A stretch of DNA of 54,408 nt, filler included, from Bipalium vagum (GCA_037834085.1; 3 parts of 3 records of this genome joined end to end with filler, not necessarily neighbours in it); one strand, 5' to 3'; shown: positions 1-14,290, counted from the whole stretch's first letter. A program made the numbers and translations. Notes: generated by a model from the letters alone, not told the origin.

Positions 1-63
<63 letters not shown>
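1..63. repeat. (AAT)n microsatellite
   Basis: About 21 perfect ATA/AAT units at the window start. Confidence 0.95.
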
Positions 64-65
<2 letters not shown>

Positions 66-120
66 TTAACATATTTACTAAGGCTAATGTTATTTATTAA
101 GTTATATAATTATTTTACAG

Positions 121-206
121 AAGCCATTTACTCAAAGATTGACAAAGCTGGAATTTATTTGACAAACGCTACAAATCGTCCATACTATTTGGAAATTAAA
201 CGATGA
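121..206 (+). CDS. Candidate terminal exon of an unknown gene
   Basis: Strong acceptor TATTTTACAG ending at 120; the phase-1 frame reads (x)AIYSKIDKAGIYLTNATNRPYYLEIKR* (TGA 204-206); AATAAA at about 353. No homology recognised. Confidence 0.3.
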
Positions 207-999
207 GAAACATTTATCATAGAAACATCATAAAAATATCTAAGCAGAAGCAGAATTTAATTACTTTTGTTTTAATTTAGATTTTCATATTCACTGTGTA
301 TATGTAAATTTATTGGTTATCCATTTATGTCAATAGTTTTAAGATATACTACAATAAAAGCAATCTCAAATGGTAGACAACGATAAAAAATCAATATATT
401 TATCTGGAAAATAATTCGAAAAAAGCCCATTAATGACATTGATTAAATCAAATAAATAGAAAATAATAAAAATTAAATCTGAAAAATTTAAAATATTCCG
501 TTTTTCCAAATTGATATTTTAAGAAATGCAAATTCTGCGGAAATAAGACTGACAAAACATTTTCAAAAATTATAAATATAAATTTTTGAAAAATATAAAA
601 TATATTTTTGAAAAATATCAGTTTTATTTAGATAAATAACGCAATAATTTTATAAAAATGGTGTTCATAAGGATTATTATTATTATTATTATCTACAGCA
701 AATGATGAAGAGATTTAATAAAAATATAAATAAAAATATTTAATAAAAAATCTTGAAAGCAAAGAATGTTCTTCGAACCGATTATAAAAAAATAAAATAA
801 ATAAAACAATATTTTACTAAAATAAACAATAAACATTCTAGTGATTTTAGTCATAAGGAGGAAATTTTTAATTTTAAAATCATAATGTAAATTATAATAT
901 GACAAAAGAAAATATTTTAAAATTTATAACAATTAAAGAATTTAGATAAAATTAAAATAATTATAATAAATAATTAAATTAAGGTATAATTAATAAATA

Positions 1000-2265
1000 T
1001 TAGAGTACCCATAAGTAATCAATTATTTTTAGTGTGCAATGTTTGCGTCATTCTAGACCCTGAATATATAAACAGGTGTTTTATTAGGTTAAATTACAAT
1101 CATTGACCTTGAATATTGATTATTATTAAATTCAAACGTTTTTATTATTATGATATAAAATGGCGGAGAATCAACCAAGTGTGGAACATTTACGTCAATG
1201 CATACTGTTTTATTTTCGATCGGGTGTTAATGTAACCGTTGCAATAAAGAAGATTTATGATGTCTGTGGAGACGTATTAAAATTCAATAAGTGCCAACAT
1301 TGGTTTTGAAAATTTTCAAATGGTGATTTTGGCTTGTCTGATAGGGCTCGAACTGGATACCAGATATGGTTTGATAAAGACGCTCTAAAAGCACTAGTTG
1401 AAACGAATCCCAAGACGGGTATCCAGGAAATAGCAAAAATCCTTGAAGCTACTTGGTCAACAGTTCAAAGATATCTTAAAGAAATCGGGAAGGTTTACAG
1501 GCAGGGTATATGGGTCCAACATATATTGTCGGATATGAATAAAGATCAACGGCGAACAATTTGCACATCTCTTTTGTGCAAACAAAGAAATGATCAGTTT
1601 TTAAGAAGGATTGTTACTGGTCACGAGAAATGGGTTAGGGACAACAACAAGCGCACCAAGCAATGGCTTTCTCCAAATCAACTAGCCGTACCCATTCCGA
1701 AACCATCCCTCATTCTAAAGAAGGAATTATTGTGCGTTTGGTAGGACTGTGGTGGCATAATTCATTCAGAACTATTGAAATGAGCAGAAACAGTTAGGGC
1801 TGAATTATATTGCCAACAATTGGATAGATTACGAAACCAATTGTTCGTAAAACGACCAGGTTTAGTTAACAGAAAAATAAATATTTTAACATGATGAAGC
1901 AAGACCTTATGCAGCAAAATTAAAAATAAGAAAAAATAAGGCAGCTAGAGTGGGAAGTTTTCCAACATCACCCATATTCTCCAGACATAGCGCTATCGGA
2001 TTTTCATTTATTCAGGTCCATGGAACATTCCCTAAAGAATCAAAATTTCAAAAATGCCGATAATGTTAAAAATTCAGCTAGAATCATATTTCTTTTCAAA
2101 GGATACAGGATTTTATTGCCAGGAATTGAAACTCTACCAACAAGATGGCATAAGGTCCAAGACAACGATGGAAATTATATAATCGATTAAAAATAGAAAT
2201 AAATGTATTTAAATTCTTTTTTTATTTTGTCACTTAAATAATTGAATACTTGTGGGTACTCCTAA
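1000..2265 (+). mobile_element. Full-length defective mariner (DD34D) transposon
   Basis: TIRs ttagagtacccataagtaatcaattattt / aaataattgaatacttgtgggtactcctaa, TA on both sides, 1266 bp. Transposase from ATG 1160 to about 2190 with WVQHIL, IVTGHEKW, HDEARPY and PYSPDIALSDFHLF; interrupted by stops and frameshifts. Confidence 0.95.
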
Positions 2266-2412
2266 TATTTCATTTCAAATATTATATAATTTTAATTATA
2301 ATCTAGTATTAAAAATTGATCAATAATTAATTGTTTTAATAATTAATCTGTGTAAAAAACAAAAATTGAAAATCATATGGTGTAATAATCGATTCCGGTT
2401 TTTGGTAAAATA

Positions 2413-3690
2413 CAAAGTGTACATAAAAGAATCGTACAAAAATAAAAATTGGATAATTTATCATTTACATGCAAAAGGATTGATTTTAAGCTTGATACTC
2501 AATTGGAATTTATTACTAGACTCCATACATGGGTTTTTTTATACACGTTTTATATTTTTATTTGAGATCATGATAACTGTAAAAGAAAACGAGCAGTGCG
2601 TATGGTGGTTTGAGGAACTGAAGTCTGTTGAAGTGCAAAGAACATTTAGAAGCACTTATGGAAAAGAACCACCAGGTTGTGAATCAATTTATCAATGGAA
2701 ATCTCAGTTTCTGGCAAATGGGAGTGCAGAGAAAGAAAAAAGTCTGGAAGACCGAGTATTTCTAAGATAAAGATTATTTGTATTCGTCAATGTGATGTGC
2801 AAGCAGGGAATAACAAATAACACGTTCTACAGTGCACAAAAAAATTCGTAAGCGCCTTCACCTTTATCCGTACAAAATTCAACTTTTTCATGAGTAGTAT
2901 GCGATGGCCAAGATTAATCGCACTAATTTTGCTGTGAATAAGCTGGAACAATTAGGTAACGATTAGCATTTTTAGATACAAGCTTGTTCACTGATGAGGC
3001 AACATTTCATGAGCCAGGGATTGTAAATAGACATAATTGCAGAATATGGGGTTCTCAGAACCCACATGTTACTTCAGAGCATGAAAGAGATACTCCAAAA
3101 TTAAATGTGTGGTGTGACCCTTTTCATAATCAAATTATAGGTCCTTTTTTCTTTGTGGAGAAAAATATAACAGCTGTAAGTTACCTTACTATGATGAAAC
3201 AAAATATCGTCAAAAAGCTCCAAAGAAAAAAAAACTTTCATTCTATAACAAGATGGTGCGCAGCCACACTGGAGTCTTTCGGTTCGTTATTTCCTCAATT
3301 ATTTGTTGCCTGAAAGATGGATAGGAAGAGACAGCCGGACTCCCTGGCCACTACGATTACCAGCTTTAACTCTACTAGATTTTTTACTCTGGGGTTATGT
3401 AAAAGATCTCAATCAGCATAAAAATTTGGAACATTTGAAAATTAGAATTACAGCTATTATTGAACAGTCACTCCGGAAACGCTGCAAAACACATGGGTGA
3501 GATTGAATACCAGCTTGACACACTACGCGTAACAAATGGCTCCCATCTTGGAATGTATTGATAATGATTAATGTGCTACAAATTTTATACACATACCCTA
3601 TACATCTGTTAATTGTCTATGTAAATAAATTATGTAATTTATTCATAATTATAACAAATTTTCATTTTTGTACGAATCTTTTTATATAAT
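2413..3690 (+). mobile_element. Defective Tc1/mariner transposon of the rosa (DD41D) clade
   Basis: Left TIR caaagtgtacataaaagaatcgtacaaaaat matches the degraded right end at about 3647-3690. DUF4817-type HTH (EQCVWWF..SVEVQRTFR..YGKEPP), FTDEATFH..VNRHNCRIWGSQNP, and QDGAQPH followed 41 residues later by D in LPALTLLDFLLWGYVKD (counted). Multiple stops and frameshifts. Confidence 0.9.
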
Positions 3691-3895
3691 GTTAATAAAT
3701 ATAATGATATATATATATATCTTATAATATCTTATAATAATAATATATATCTTATAATATAATATAATAACAATATATCTTATAAAAATGTAATATTGTA
3801 CCAATATTTAGAAATGAGAAATATTTTTTATCATATAATCGACTTCATCATTGGTCACCATTAGTAAAATTTATTAAATAACTAAATAAATGAAC

Positions 3896-4344
3896 CTGAA
3901 GTAATAGAGCAGTATCCAGACTTGCAACGCTACATGTTGGTCTGGGATGATAATTAACACTTGGTTGTGTAGATCTGAAATTGATGGGTGAAAATAAATC
4001 AATGTCCTTGGATTTTTGTGGCAAGTTCGATATTCTCGAATAGCTATTAGCTGGTACAGTTGAATTTGTGGTAATATCTGATACATATACATCTTCGGCA
4101 GCTAGCAGTGATTGATTTCCCATACCATACGGGGATATTACTGCTTGTTGATTAGACTGAAAATCAGGTTTAGAAGCGCTTCCAGACTTTTTATTTGATT
4201 CAGAATCATTTAGGTACCAAGTTTTCGTATCTTCCGAATTTACATTATTATTTGGATCTTCTACATTATATGATGGAACACGGGAATTTCTTGATCGCAT
4301 ATCGTTTACTACACAATTAGTATTTAATTTAGGATTTTCGCCAT
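3896..4344 (-). CDS. Coding exon of unidentified gene A (Ser/Asn-rich, probably disordered)
   Basis: Acceptor ATTTAG| at 4345-46; open frame (D)GENPKLNTNCVVNDMRSRNSR...HPRPTCSVASLDTALLLQ; donor CAG|GTTCAT at 3895. Higher GC than the flanks. It may instead read through to the stop at 3848. Confidence 0.7.
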
Positions 4345-4600
4345 CTAAATTTCAGAAATATTAATAATAGACAAAAAAGTTATACAGTTCTAATATTCCT
4401 CGTTATTCGAATTCTAAAACATTTTTAATTGTGAATGTTGAGAAAATTAAAAAAACTAATAAGAACTAAGAAAAAATTATAAATAAATAATTACCAAATT
4501 AAAATATGATACTTATAATTCCAGTGTTAATATACAAGACTTATGTCTTAAGACATCTACGGATAATTTAGCTTTGCGATAAAAGTAATTTAATGATATA

Positions 4601-5158
4601 CAGGGTGTCTCAAAAAAATGTACACACACTAAAATAATTATAAATCAGAAGTTTAATGAAATGCATTTTATTTCAAAATTTAATACAAGTTCGGTGAACA
4701 GAATCTTTTGAGATTCCTAACTCAAGACCTTTTCATCTCACAGATGTTTGTTGGATTCGATTAAACAATTCCAATATTCTTTCCTCCTTTGTTTTACTTG
4801 TCGATATTCTCAGACTTCTAAAGCGGTTCTTGTTGACATTGTTAATAGTTCCATCTTTTTCTAATTTATCCTTTCCACTGATTTTCAGTCTTTTTGGAGG
4901 ATCTATTTGAAATTCTTTCTTGAACAGGGTCTGTACTTCTTTTATGTTTTCAAACTTGAAGTAATTTTTGATAATAAATTTTCGCTGTTCAAAGTTCAGC
5001 CTAGTTTTTCATGATCTTTAAGAATAAATTTATAGGTTTAAAATAGCGGTAATTTCTTACCAGTTATTGAAGTATTTAAACAAACTATAAAACAAGTAAT
5101 AAGGACTATTAAATAAATTTATATTTAAAATGTGTATACATTTTTTGGAGACACCCTG
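4601..5158 (-). mobile_element. Internally deleted rosa/Tc1-type element (558 bp)
   Basis: TIRs cagggtgtctcaaaaaaatgtacacaca / tgtgtatacattttttggagacaccctg with TA on both sides; minus-strand HTH remnant FEQRKFIIKNYFKFENIKEVQTLFKKEFQIDPP. Confidence 0.9.
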
Positions 5159-5717
5159 TACATAAAAAATCAGTAACCCAATATTGTTCATATCATTTTA
5201 GACAGAAAATATTATTTTAATAAAAAAATCTATTATGTATAATGAGAACACAGAATTCATATCAAATCGATTAAAACGTATTTTAACATTTTGATAAAAT
5301 AAAAAATATTTAAAACATAAAAATCTTAAAAGGGGACATTTTACTTTGTCTTATATCTGTGGATCATTGAAGAAAAAAATGCAATTCTGCAGTCAAGTGT
5401 GAATCTTTTTTCTAGTTGTATAAAAATAAAAATAAATAATCAGACAATAAGTGTTACATTATTCAACAGAAATAATTAAAGTACATTTGGAATATGATTA
5501 TCGCAATTATTTTTGGCTGAAAAATTACAATTTGAGATTGAGGCATAAATTGAACAGTTTTGCAAATGATCCCATTAATAAATTTAGTTAAAGTGAAGTC
5601 TGAAATCATTTAATGGAAATCGATCATTGAGAATCTGAAAGATCAGTGTCAGAAAGTTTGAAAGTATTTTTTTATCGTAAAACGAGTTTATGGCCCTGAA
5701 TAATTATCAATGGTTTC

Positions 5718-6453
5718 AGCTTTATTTATTATTCATATCGCAAATATGTTTCAGATCGGCAATTTATTTATTATACGCATTTTGACATGATTTTCAATTG
5801 TAAACGAGAAAATCGAAACCATTTGGATTGGGTTTACTTAGGATCCGGTCTGAAAATAACTACTAAATTCGATTATAGTAATAATAAAAACTGGATCTGA
5901 AATTTATTCAACGCCGCATTTTGTGACTGTAAAAGGGAAAACCATGATTTCGCATTTCCATGATTTATTCAATACGGATGAATTTATTTAGTGGTTAAAT
6001 CACATATTTGATCGTCTTTAGGAATCATTTTCGAAGTTTATTTCAAAATAATACTAGTTTGATCATTACTTTAATAAATAAATTCTTCTTGCCAGTTCCT
6101 TTCTGTTTTCTAATGTCGTAGTGTGATGTTATGTTAAAATAAGTTTTCTGGCAATTAAATTCAGGGATCCAATACAGATTTAATAAAAAAGAAATAATTA
6201 TTGAAAAGGTCGGTGATAAATTGATTGTGTGAATTTTTTACAGTCACAAAATGCGGCGTTGAATAAATTTCAGATCCAGTTCTTATTATTACTATAATCT
6301 AATTTAGTAGTTATTTTCAGATCGGATCCTAAGTAATTTCAAGCCAAATGGTTTCGATTTTCTCTTTTACAATTGTAAAATCATATCAAAATGCGTATAA
6401 TATATAAATTGCCGATTTGAAACATATTTGCGATATGAATAATAAATAAAGCT
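5718..6453. mobile_element. Foldback-like element with about 217-bp inverted arms and about 300-bp spacer
   Basis: 5718-5934 is the reverse complement of 6236-6453 with scattered mismatches; both ends AGCT; no TSD seen. Confidence 0.8.
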
Positions 6454-8818
6454 AATGATGAATAATCTTTGTTCATCCTTATAAAACATATTTGGATCTA
6501 CGAAGAACTACTATTAGTTCAATAGGTACTTATCCCATTGTTATATGACGAAAATTTCTGAAATACACCAGTTGAAAAAACAAATAATCTGCAAGAATAA
6601 TTCCGAACAATAAGTTCATATAAGCATAAAATATTTAATTGGGTATGCTTCTTTTTTAGTAAACGTTACTTCAAATATGACGAGAAATTATTTCCCCCAA
6701 AATTGAGTTAATAAAATCGTTTTAATTTGTTAATTATTTAATAAGATACTTTAATATCATCCCAAGTAGGAGCTCATTGGCAACCACAATAGTTTAGTAT
6801 ATTTTATTCTACTCAGTTAATCAAATTAGTACTCAATTCTGAAATATTCCCGTCATTCTTCAAAAAACATTTTTCATCTAATAAGATTTATTTTGATCGA
6901 AGAACGATAAAAATATAAATAAAGATTAATGGCATTTAATTATATCAATTTGTTACAAGTTTGCACAGTTTTCTTACATTCAAATAGTTCAATTAAAAAT
7001 ATTTTATTGGAATTTTCATTGTCACTTTAATAAATAAATAAATCGAATATTTTAGAAAAATCCTTTTGAACATATACTTTATCAAATTTTCTTTTTTTTT
7101 GATAATTATAGATTTGTTAATTATAACAGAACGAGGGAGAGAAAGATGTCAAGGCTTTTTATAAACATTTTTCAAAAAATGGTAAATTTATTGAAATTTC
7201 CTAATGAGAGTAATTTTCAACCTTAGTACCTATCATCTATTACAGACCCTGACAACCAGAATCTTAAATCATAAATGATTAGTGTTCGAAGAAAGAAAAA
7301 CGGTGGAAATATAGATCACACATCGATGATGATAAATATTATTCTTTACATTTGAATTTTTAAATAAATGGGTAAAACTAATTTTTATATAATGCTTAAT
7401 TTCCTTTTTTAAATAATAAATTTCATGAAAAAAGATACTTTTTTGCAAAAGTTCTTGAAATAAAATTGTTGTCAATTGAAAATAACTTTTTTCTGCCATT
7501 CTAGTCGGTAGAAAATAATAAAAGAAGATAAAGATAAAGTAACAAATTAAAGAACGCACTAAATCATTTACTATTGTATACAACGATTAAAATAATATAT
7601 ATATAAATAATTTATATATTTATTTGTTCATGATAACGACTGTTATTTATGTTCTTTAATATTGAAGTCATTTTCAACTCTGTACTGATAATTAATAACC
7701 TAAAATTAGTGCCAAAGAATATTAGTTATATTATTAATATTTTTTACTACTTATAAAACAAACTAAGTCTCTAAATGTAAATAACGTTTAATAAATAATA
7801 TAACTTAATATATAATAACATAATAAAGTAATGGTAAAATCACTAGAATTAGCTACAGAATGATAAGTAATTATGGAAATTTTCCAATAGACTACAGAAA
7901 ATCCTTTATATGTGTTTAATATACGACGATACATACACAATCATAAAATAAAAGTAATAATTAAGTCTTAAACTATAATATATGAACTGTGTACTTAAGC
8001 AATATTAAATAAGAGATATCACAAGTGATGATAAAATGATATAAGAATGAATTGTGAAGTTGGGTTAGTAAATCTCTGAAAAATAGACTGATGAATATTC
8101 TTCAAAAAATTTTGGTTACTCTTGGAAAAATGAAAATTTATTTTTAAAATAAAAATCAATAAAAAATTCATCGGAAAATTTTTATAAGTTAACAATACTT
8201 AAAAATAAATAAAAATTTTTCAGTCATCTCTAATAATTGACATATTAAGTCATTGATTTTTCGCTTTGGGATAAACTATTAAAATAATAAAATTATAAGT
8301 AGCAAAATTTTTTCATATTTCAACGGACTTTTCTGAAAATAAAATCCCGAAATAACAAGAGATAATTGCGTACCACAATTAAATATTTTAATTGATATCC
8401 AAATATAAAAATGGATATTAAATAAAGCTGATAACAGATTCCAGTTTCCCTTTCAAGAGCTTTCATAGAGACACAATCAAAGATTATGATAACTATCCAG
8501 GGATGGGTAAAGTTATCAATATTAAATGTTAGTTAAAATCCCCCACAGGGAATTTTATATCAGTGAAAAAACAAATTTATTGCTTATATAATATTAATAT
8601 ATGACAGAAATCCTAAAATTGTCCACAGGTTCCTGCAAAATTTAAATGCAATCCATTCATAATTTATAAAATATTGGCGTCTTTAAACAAATATTTCTCT
8701 CAAAAATAAAGAACAATTCCATAGCGAGAACATAAAAATAATAAAATAAAATTGTTATATATTCACAAGAAATGGTTAATAAAGTGTCAAAACAGTTTAG
8801 AAACAAAACTCGTCCAAC

Positions 8819-8993
8819 CTTTCAAGCCTTTCGTTCTTTCTGATTCCATGGACATATTGGTAGGAATGTGAGGCATACTACATCCATTGAATTTTGTAGT
8901 GGGATTTCTTTTACATTTCCCATCCATATCCATTACGGAATCATCCGTGGGAAATTCTGACAACCACTTTGTTGATGATTTGGATTCCAGCTC
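8819..8993 (-). CDS. Coding exon of unidentified gene A
   Basis: Acceptor TTTTACAAG|, 175 nt, ELESKSSTKWLSEFPTDDSVMDMDGKCKRNPTTKFNGCSMPHIPTNMSMESERTKGLK+G; the phase-1 donor GTTGGA is compatible with the phase-1 acceptor at 4344 (G+AT=Asp). Too short for the ORF track. Confidence 0.7.
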
Positions 8994-9338
8994 CTTGTAA
9001 AAGTATAATGCATTAAAATTCCAATGATTGAAAGTGTAGTAGCATTTTTCGTTATCAATATGAAATTAATATATGATTAACAAACCCGTTTCCATCGTAT
9101 AAATGGCTTAAAAAACATCATTCTGACAGTTGCTTAATAGAGTTTTGTTACATCAATGAAAAATGTGATTATTATGTGTCTGAATGGATTTCCTCCGTAT
9201 TTCACAACGGACGAAGAAGAAGAAACGAAAACTGAGAGCTAACCACAAATCCAAATCAAATAGACAAATATGACCATATTATATCAATCAGCTGATGGAT
9301 AAATATTACAAAATACGAATTGATTTCACAGAGTTTAC

Positions 9339-9548
9339 CATTCAATCTGGCCTACAATTTTTCCTTCTTACCACATTAGATTGTTTGAGGAAATTTATGC
9401 TGTGTCTTTTCAGCTATTTCAATAGACATTTCTTTCAAAATAAAGGCAAGATATTTTTTCCTTTCCAGTTTTAATTCTACAATGTCCAACCAATTGAGAC
9501 ATTGTGTTTCAGAAAGAAGGAAATATGCAAATATTATTTATATGGAAT
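9339..9548 (-). other. Candidate 5'-UTR exon of gene A ending in the start codon
   Basis: Acceptor TATACAG| at about 9549; stops in all frames; ends ATG|GTAAAC (ATG 9341-9339), giving M|ELESK after a 345-nt phase-0 intron. Confidence 0.4.
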
Positions 9549-10949
9549 CTGTATATACACAGAACATAATTATTAAATGCTCAAAATATACATACACAAG
9601 AAAAGAGAAGAAAGTACGAAGGGATAAAACAAAATAATTCTTTTTAAAAGCTGTTACTGCCAACAAGGACAAAACTTATATATATATAAAATTCTATTTC
9701 ACTAGTCTTGATATATATTTTATTTTTTTCAGATATATAATAAATAATTTAACTTTATTTATCATTTTCAATATATCAATATTTCGTTATATATAATTCA
9801 AATCATTATTTTGGTGCCCCATCAATCATGCCTAGTTGATTTTTATTGGCCCATTTTAAAAAGTATTGTTTTATTTACCATAGAAATGTCTTCCATCTAT
9901 TCCTTCTAATTTTTACTATAATTATACGTGATCCACAATGCGGTATTTTGAACTATTCATATTTTTTCACCTTTACTTTTATTACTTTTATTATTACATC
10001 TAATGATACATTATCTTCACTTTATAATATTATAATATAATATAATATAATATATCCGCGATTCTTTCTTGTAAAATAACTGCACACAATTCTTGAAATT
10101 TACACAGATTTATTTGAAAACAACATTAGACCAACAAGAAATAATGAGAAAAAGAAACTGAAACTTTGCATATCGACCAGATACATAAATCAGAACGGTA
10201 ACACGGTCATAGAGGAAATTTTTTAATTTTATGGTTTTACATATTTATTTGTTTGTAAAATAATATTTATTTGTTTTATAAAAATTCATTTGTACATATA
10301 GGGGCATGTACAGAAGCTTTTTTATGTTTAAATTGTTGATAGATTGTTGACAGCAAACAAATATTTGAGTAGTATTTGAAAGCATTGTTCAGTTTCTTAT
10401 GTTGCACTCTAAATCATACAGTTGCCTTTATTTTTTGTGTCTAAAAATTAAAAACTAATATGATCACTGAAATGTGGCCAGTCCTCTATTAGTAATTTTT
10501 GTCAGTGGTTTTATTCAATTTTCATTTTCTTTTTGATTTCAAAACAGTAGTCTGAAAATCTTTTCTGTTTTAATATCTTCAGACATTCTTTTTCATAAAT
10601 AAACTATTAATACTAAAACGATACATGTAATAAGTAATTAAACTGACCAGCTTTTACTATATTAACAGAAAATTCAAAATATTAAGTTTTATAATTTTTT
10701 GTGATTTTGAATAATCTATATTTATAGGCCATTAAACAAACTTTATTTACACGAATAAGAAACAAATCGATAATAAAATTTTCATTATTATTTAGGACTT
10801 TCTCCCATCTTTCTACCTTTATTCCAGAAATCACTAGGTCTACTCAAAAAGAAATTGGTCAACCACTTTTTAAGGTTTTTTCAAAACGAATGTCTTTTAT
10901 TTGATTAAAAAGCAAGCGGAAAACTTAGAGACCTGTTAGCGAAAAGTTT

Positions 10950-11370
10950 GGGGGTATACGGCAAAGTGGTTTTGAGGACATTTACTGTGTGTAGTTTCTC
11001 TTTAAGTATGATTTTGACTAGTTTTTTTCTTTCATAAAGCAGATATGGCACACAGGAAACCTGTTTTTGACTATACCCATTTGATTTTAGGTAGCAGAAA
11101 ACTGTCATTGGATTGTTGTTCATCCTCTGAGACTAATCTCTAGATAATTGACAGTCACCCTCTTTCACGAATGCAATCAACTGGTCATCATCGACGTTTA
11201 GTGCCTTGAAAATTGAATGTGCTATTTTAGAATTGATTGTACCAGACCAAAACACATTTTTCGTACACATTAAAAATTTATTGGAAAGCTTTTGCAACTA
11301 CATGACCTTGATTAAATTATTAGAAATAGGTGGCGGAAGTGTTGTTTTTGATCAACTTTGCACAGCATTT
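10950..11370 (-). mobile_element. Decayed mariner transposase remnant
   Basis: QKQHFRHLFL..., NVDDDQLIAFVKE, YLKSNGYSQKQVSCVPYLL (degenerate WVPHEL). Confidence 0.7.
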
Positions 11371-13789
11371 CAGAGCTATCAAACTTAGATAAAATGACAG
11401 TAAAACCTTATCGTAATTTTGTATATCAGAAAAAGTTCTTTTAAATGCATGCTGTCTTAATAAATATGATATCGTAAAACAGAACCATAAAAAAATAATA
11501 AAACCACACCACCAAATTGTAAACAATGTTTTTTGAAGCAAATTTTGTTTTTGCACTTCTTTTGATGATTCATTTTTTAACCATTGCGCAGATCTTTAAA
11601 GATTATCGTATGAAGTTTTCATCGCATGTAAAAATTCGAGACAAACTTGGTTCAAACTTATTTTTTACAAAAATTAAATCAGGTGATTTTCGTAAAGTAG
11701 AAAATATTTTTATCGTAAGATAAAAATATCTTAGTTGAGAATCAAATCAATAAATGAAGAAGAGACATAAGTTTTAATGAAAAACAATAAGGGAAGATTT
11801 CTTTAAAGTCGTGTAGTGTATCAAAAATACAGAAGACTTAAAGATCGAAATATATCTAGGTTTATTGAGAAATCATTAGAAAACTTTTATTAGGACAATA
11901 GACATCTTATATATTCCCAACCCAAAAGATAAAATTCTGAATAGGCTATATTCTCACGGGTCTTATATTCTCCATTTAAAATTATTTTTTCTTATATTTA
12001 TGAGAACAAATTTAATTCCATTGTACCTCAAATGAAATGTTCACCATGCACAGAACTTTATATGAATAGTAAAAAAAATGTAAATATGTAACTAATATAA
12101 AGGGTTTTCAGTTTTTATAATTTTCATGTTATAATTAGTTTGTAAACAAAAAAATATATAAGTAATACGAAAAATGGCAAAAAATAATCGATGTTTATTT
12201 TAATTTTTTATAAAAATGGAATTTAACCAGAAAATTGTTTTCAATAAATTCTAAATGGCCTTAAGACAGATACTGACTTCTAGCGTTAATATGAAAATTA
12301 TATTTTTAGAATAATATTTTTATTGTTGAACGGTGACCATTGAGATATGTTAAGGAGATTATAAAAACTGATGTGATGCTTTTCAGTATTTACGAGTCAA
12401 AGCAATAAATATTTAGACAATTTTATTTTATGAAAAAAAATATTTCTAAGATATACTTCCTACATATTTTTTGCATAAGTCAAACATGATATTTCAATAT
12501 CAGTAAGGAAATCAATTATCGTCATTTTTATTGATATATTTAATTTTATCTGAAAGTATAAAAAATTTATTTATCATTTTAAATATTAATGTAATTAATT
12601 AATAATTAAAATTATTAATAAACTATTTATTTTAAATGATGAGTTACATTTAAAAAGGAAAATAAGAGGAGATTTATTTATTAATTGGGAATGAATTGAT
12701 GAGTTCTTGATGAAATATGTAAAACAATAATTTTTGTTGACAAAAATCAGATAATGTTAATGTAGAAAAGAGCTCAATTATTTTCTTGTCAACCCGGGTT
12801 TAAAAATACTGGACCATTTATTCAATACATAAAAATTCATCACAAATTCATCAAAAATAATTTAATTTGTAAAAAAATTAATTAAATTAAATTACCTTAA
12901 ATATTCTGTCATATTTAAATTAATGTTATCCCGATAATTTAAACAGTCTAAACGATATCGTTTAACTATTAATATTAATTAAAAAATAAATTATGAAAAA
13001 TAATAAGAGAATTAATTTCAAAAAATAATTTTAAATTTTTAGTTAAATACAAAAAGTTCTAAAATTTATGAAAAAATGTCAAATTTTTGATATACAGTGG
13101 AAGGAAATATCAAAAACTTGGATATTTGAGTTTTTCAAAAAATATTCAGTCAAAAATATATTAATATCTATTATTGAAAATTTTTACAGAACTGCCTCTA
13201 TTATTCTAGGAGAACTGAAATTATTAGTTGATTCAATTATATGACCATTTCATAAATGAATGATTTAACTTCATGAATATGCACTTACTTAATAAGATCA
13301 TAGTCTCAATTAATAAATAATATTGAATCTGAAAGATCATTACTACTCCAGGTTTGTATTTTCATGATCGAGAGTAGAAAATATGATTTCTATAAATTTT
13401 AATAAGTTCTTTGCGAGTGATGAGATTAATAGTTTATTTATGATAATTGAAAAATCTATTATTAAAAATAAATTACATCAAAAAGAAAGTCTGAATTTGT
13501 AACTTAATTTAAGACTGGTAACAAAAAATATTAATCATTAAGTTGGTACGAATGTTTCTGCTGATTTATTCTCATCATTTAAACATCAAAATGAAAGTTC
13601 TATTATAAAGTTTATTAAATAAAATAAATTTCATCATTATTAATGATCTGCTCTCTTTTTGTGGTAAACACTCAGTGCCATCTCTAAAAAAATTCTTTTT
13701 TAATTCCAAGAAATCTTCCAATGTACTTTTGATAGCACTTATCTTTGATTTCCCGTTATTTCAGGAAGTGGTGCATCGATCTTGATAAG

Positions 13790-14290
13790 TGAATGTCTGA
13801 CAGACCGATGTTAGGACTACATGGTGTTTGTTTATCCATTGACTTCAGTTGTTTGGATTGGCATAGAAAAACCATTTCTCATCCCAGTCAATTTCGGTCT
13901 GGTAAGTAATGAAGACGAGATAGTAATTCTATGAAGGTTATATTGAGAGAGTTTGTACGGAACCAAACAATATGCAAAAAAATTCCCAATATATTTCAGG
14001 TTGGTTAAAACTGTGTATGATGATTGCCAGGAATTTACCCCAACTCACGAGACGTCATCTTCGGACCACAGTCAATTAACTGTCTCAAATCTGTATTGTA
14101 GAATGACTCGACTTTGTAAATCTTCCAAATCGAAACAAAACATTCATGAACTGTTCTCTCATATACTGCATCTGGATATACGGTAAAGATATTTCGCATG
14201 GTCTTCTAGTTATTTGATCCGCGACGAAACTCAGAGATCATCACATTTCTGATGTGATAGTCACTTGAAGACATGCTCTTAAAATACATC
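13790..14290 (-). mobile_element. Decayed mariner transposase remnant
   Basis: HIRNVMISEFRRG..., FDLED and TGDEKWFFYAN-like motifs across frameshifts. Confidence 0.75.

Noticed and set aside
693-905. Short F/I/L/K/Y-rich ORFs (also 7269, 9846, 18426, 32809, 42141, 48250 and others)
   Set aside because: Expected by chance in very AT-rich low-complexity DNA; many lack an ATG start.
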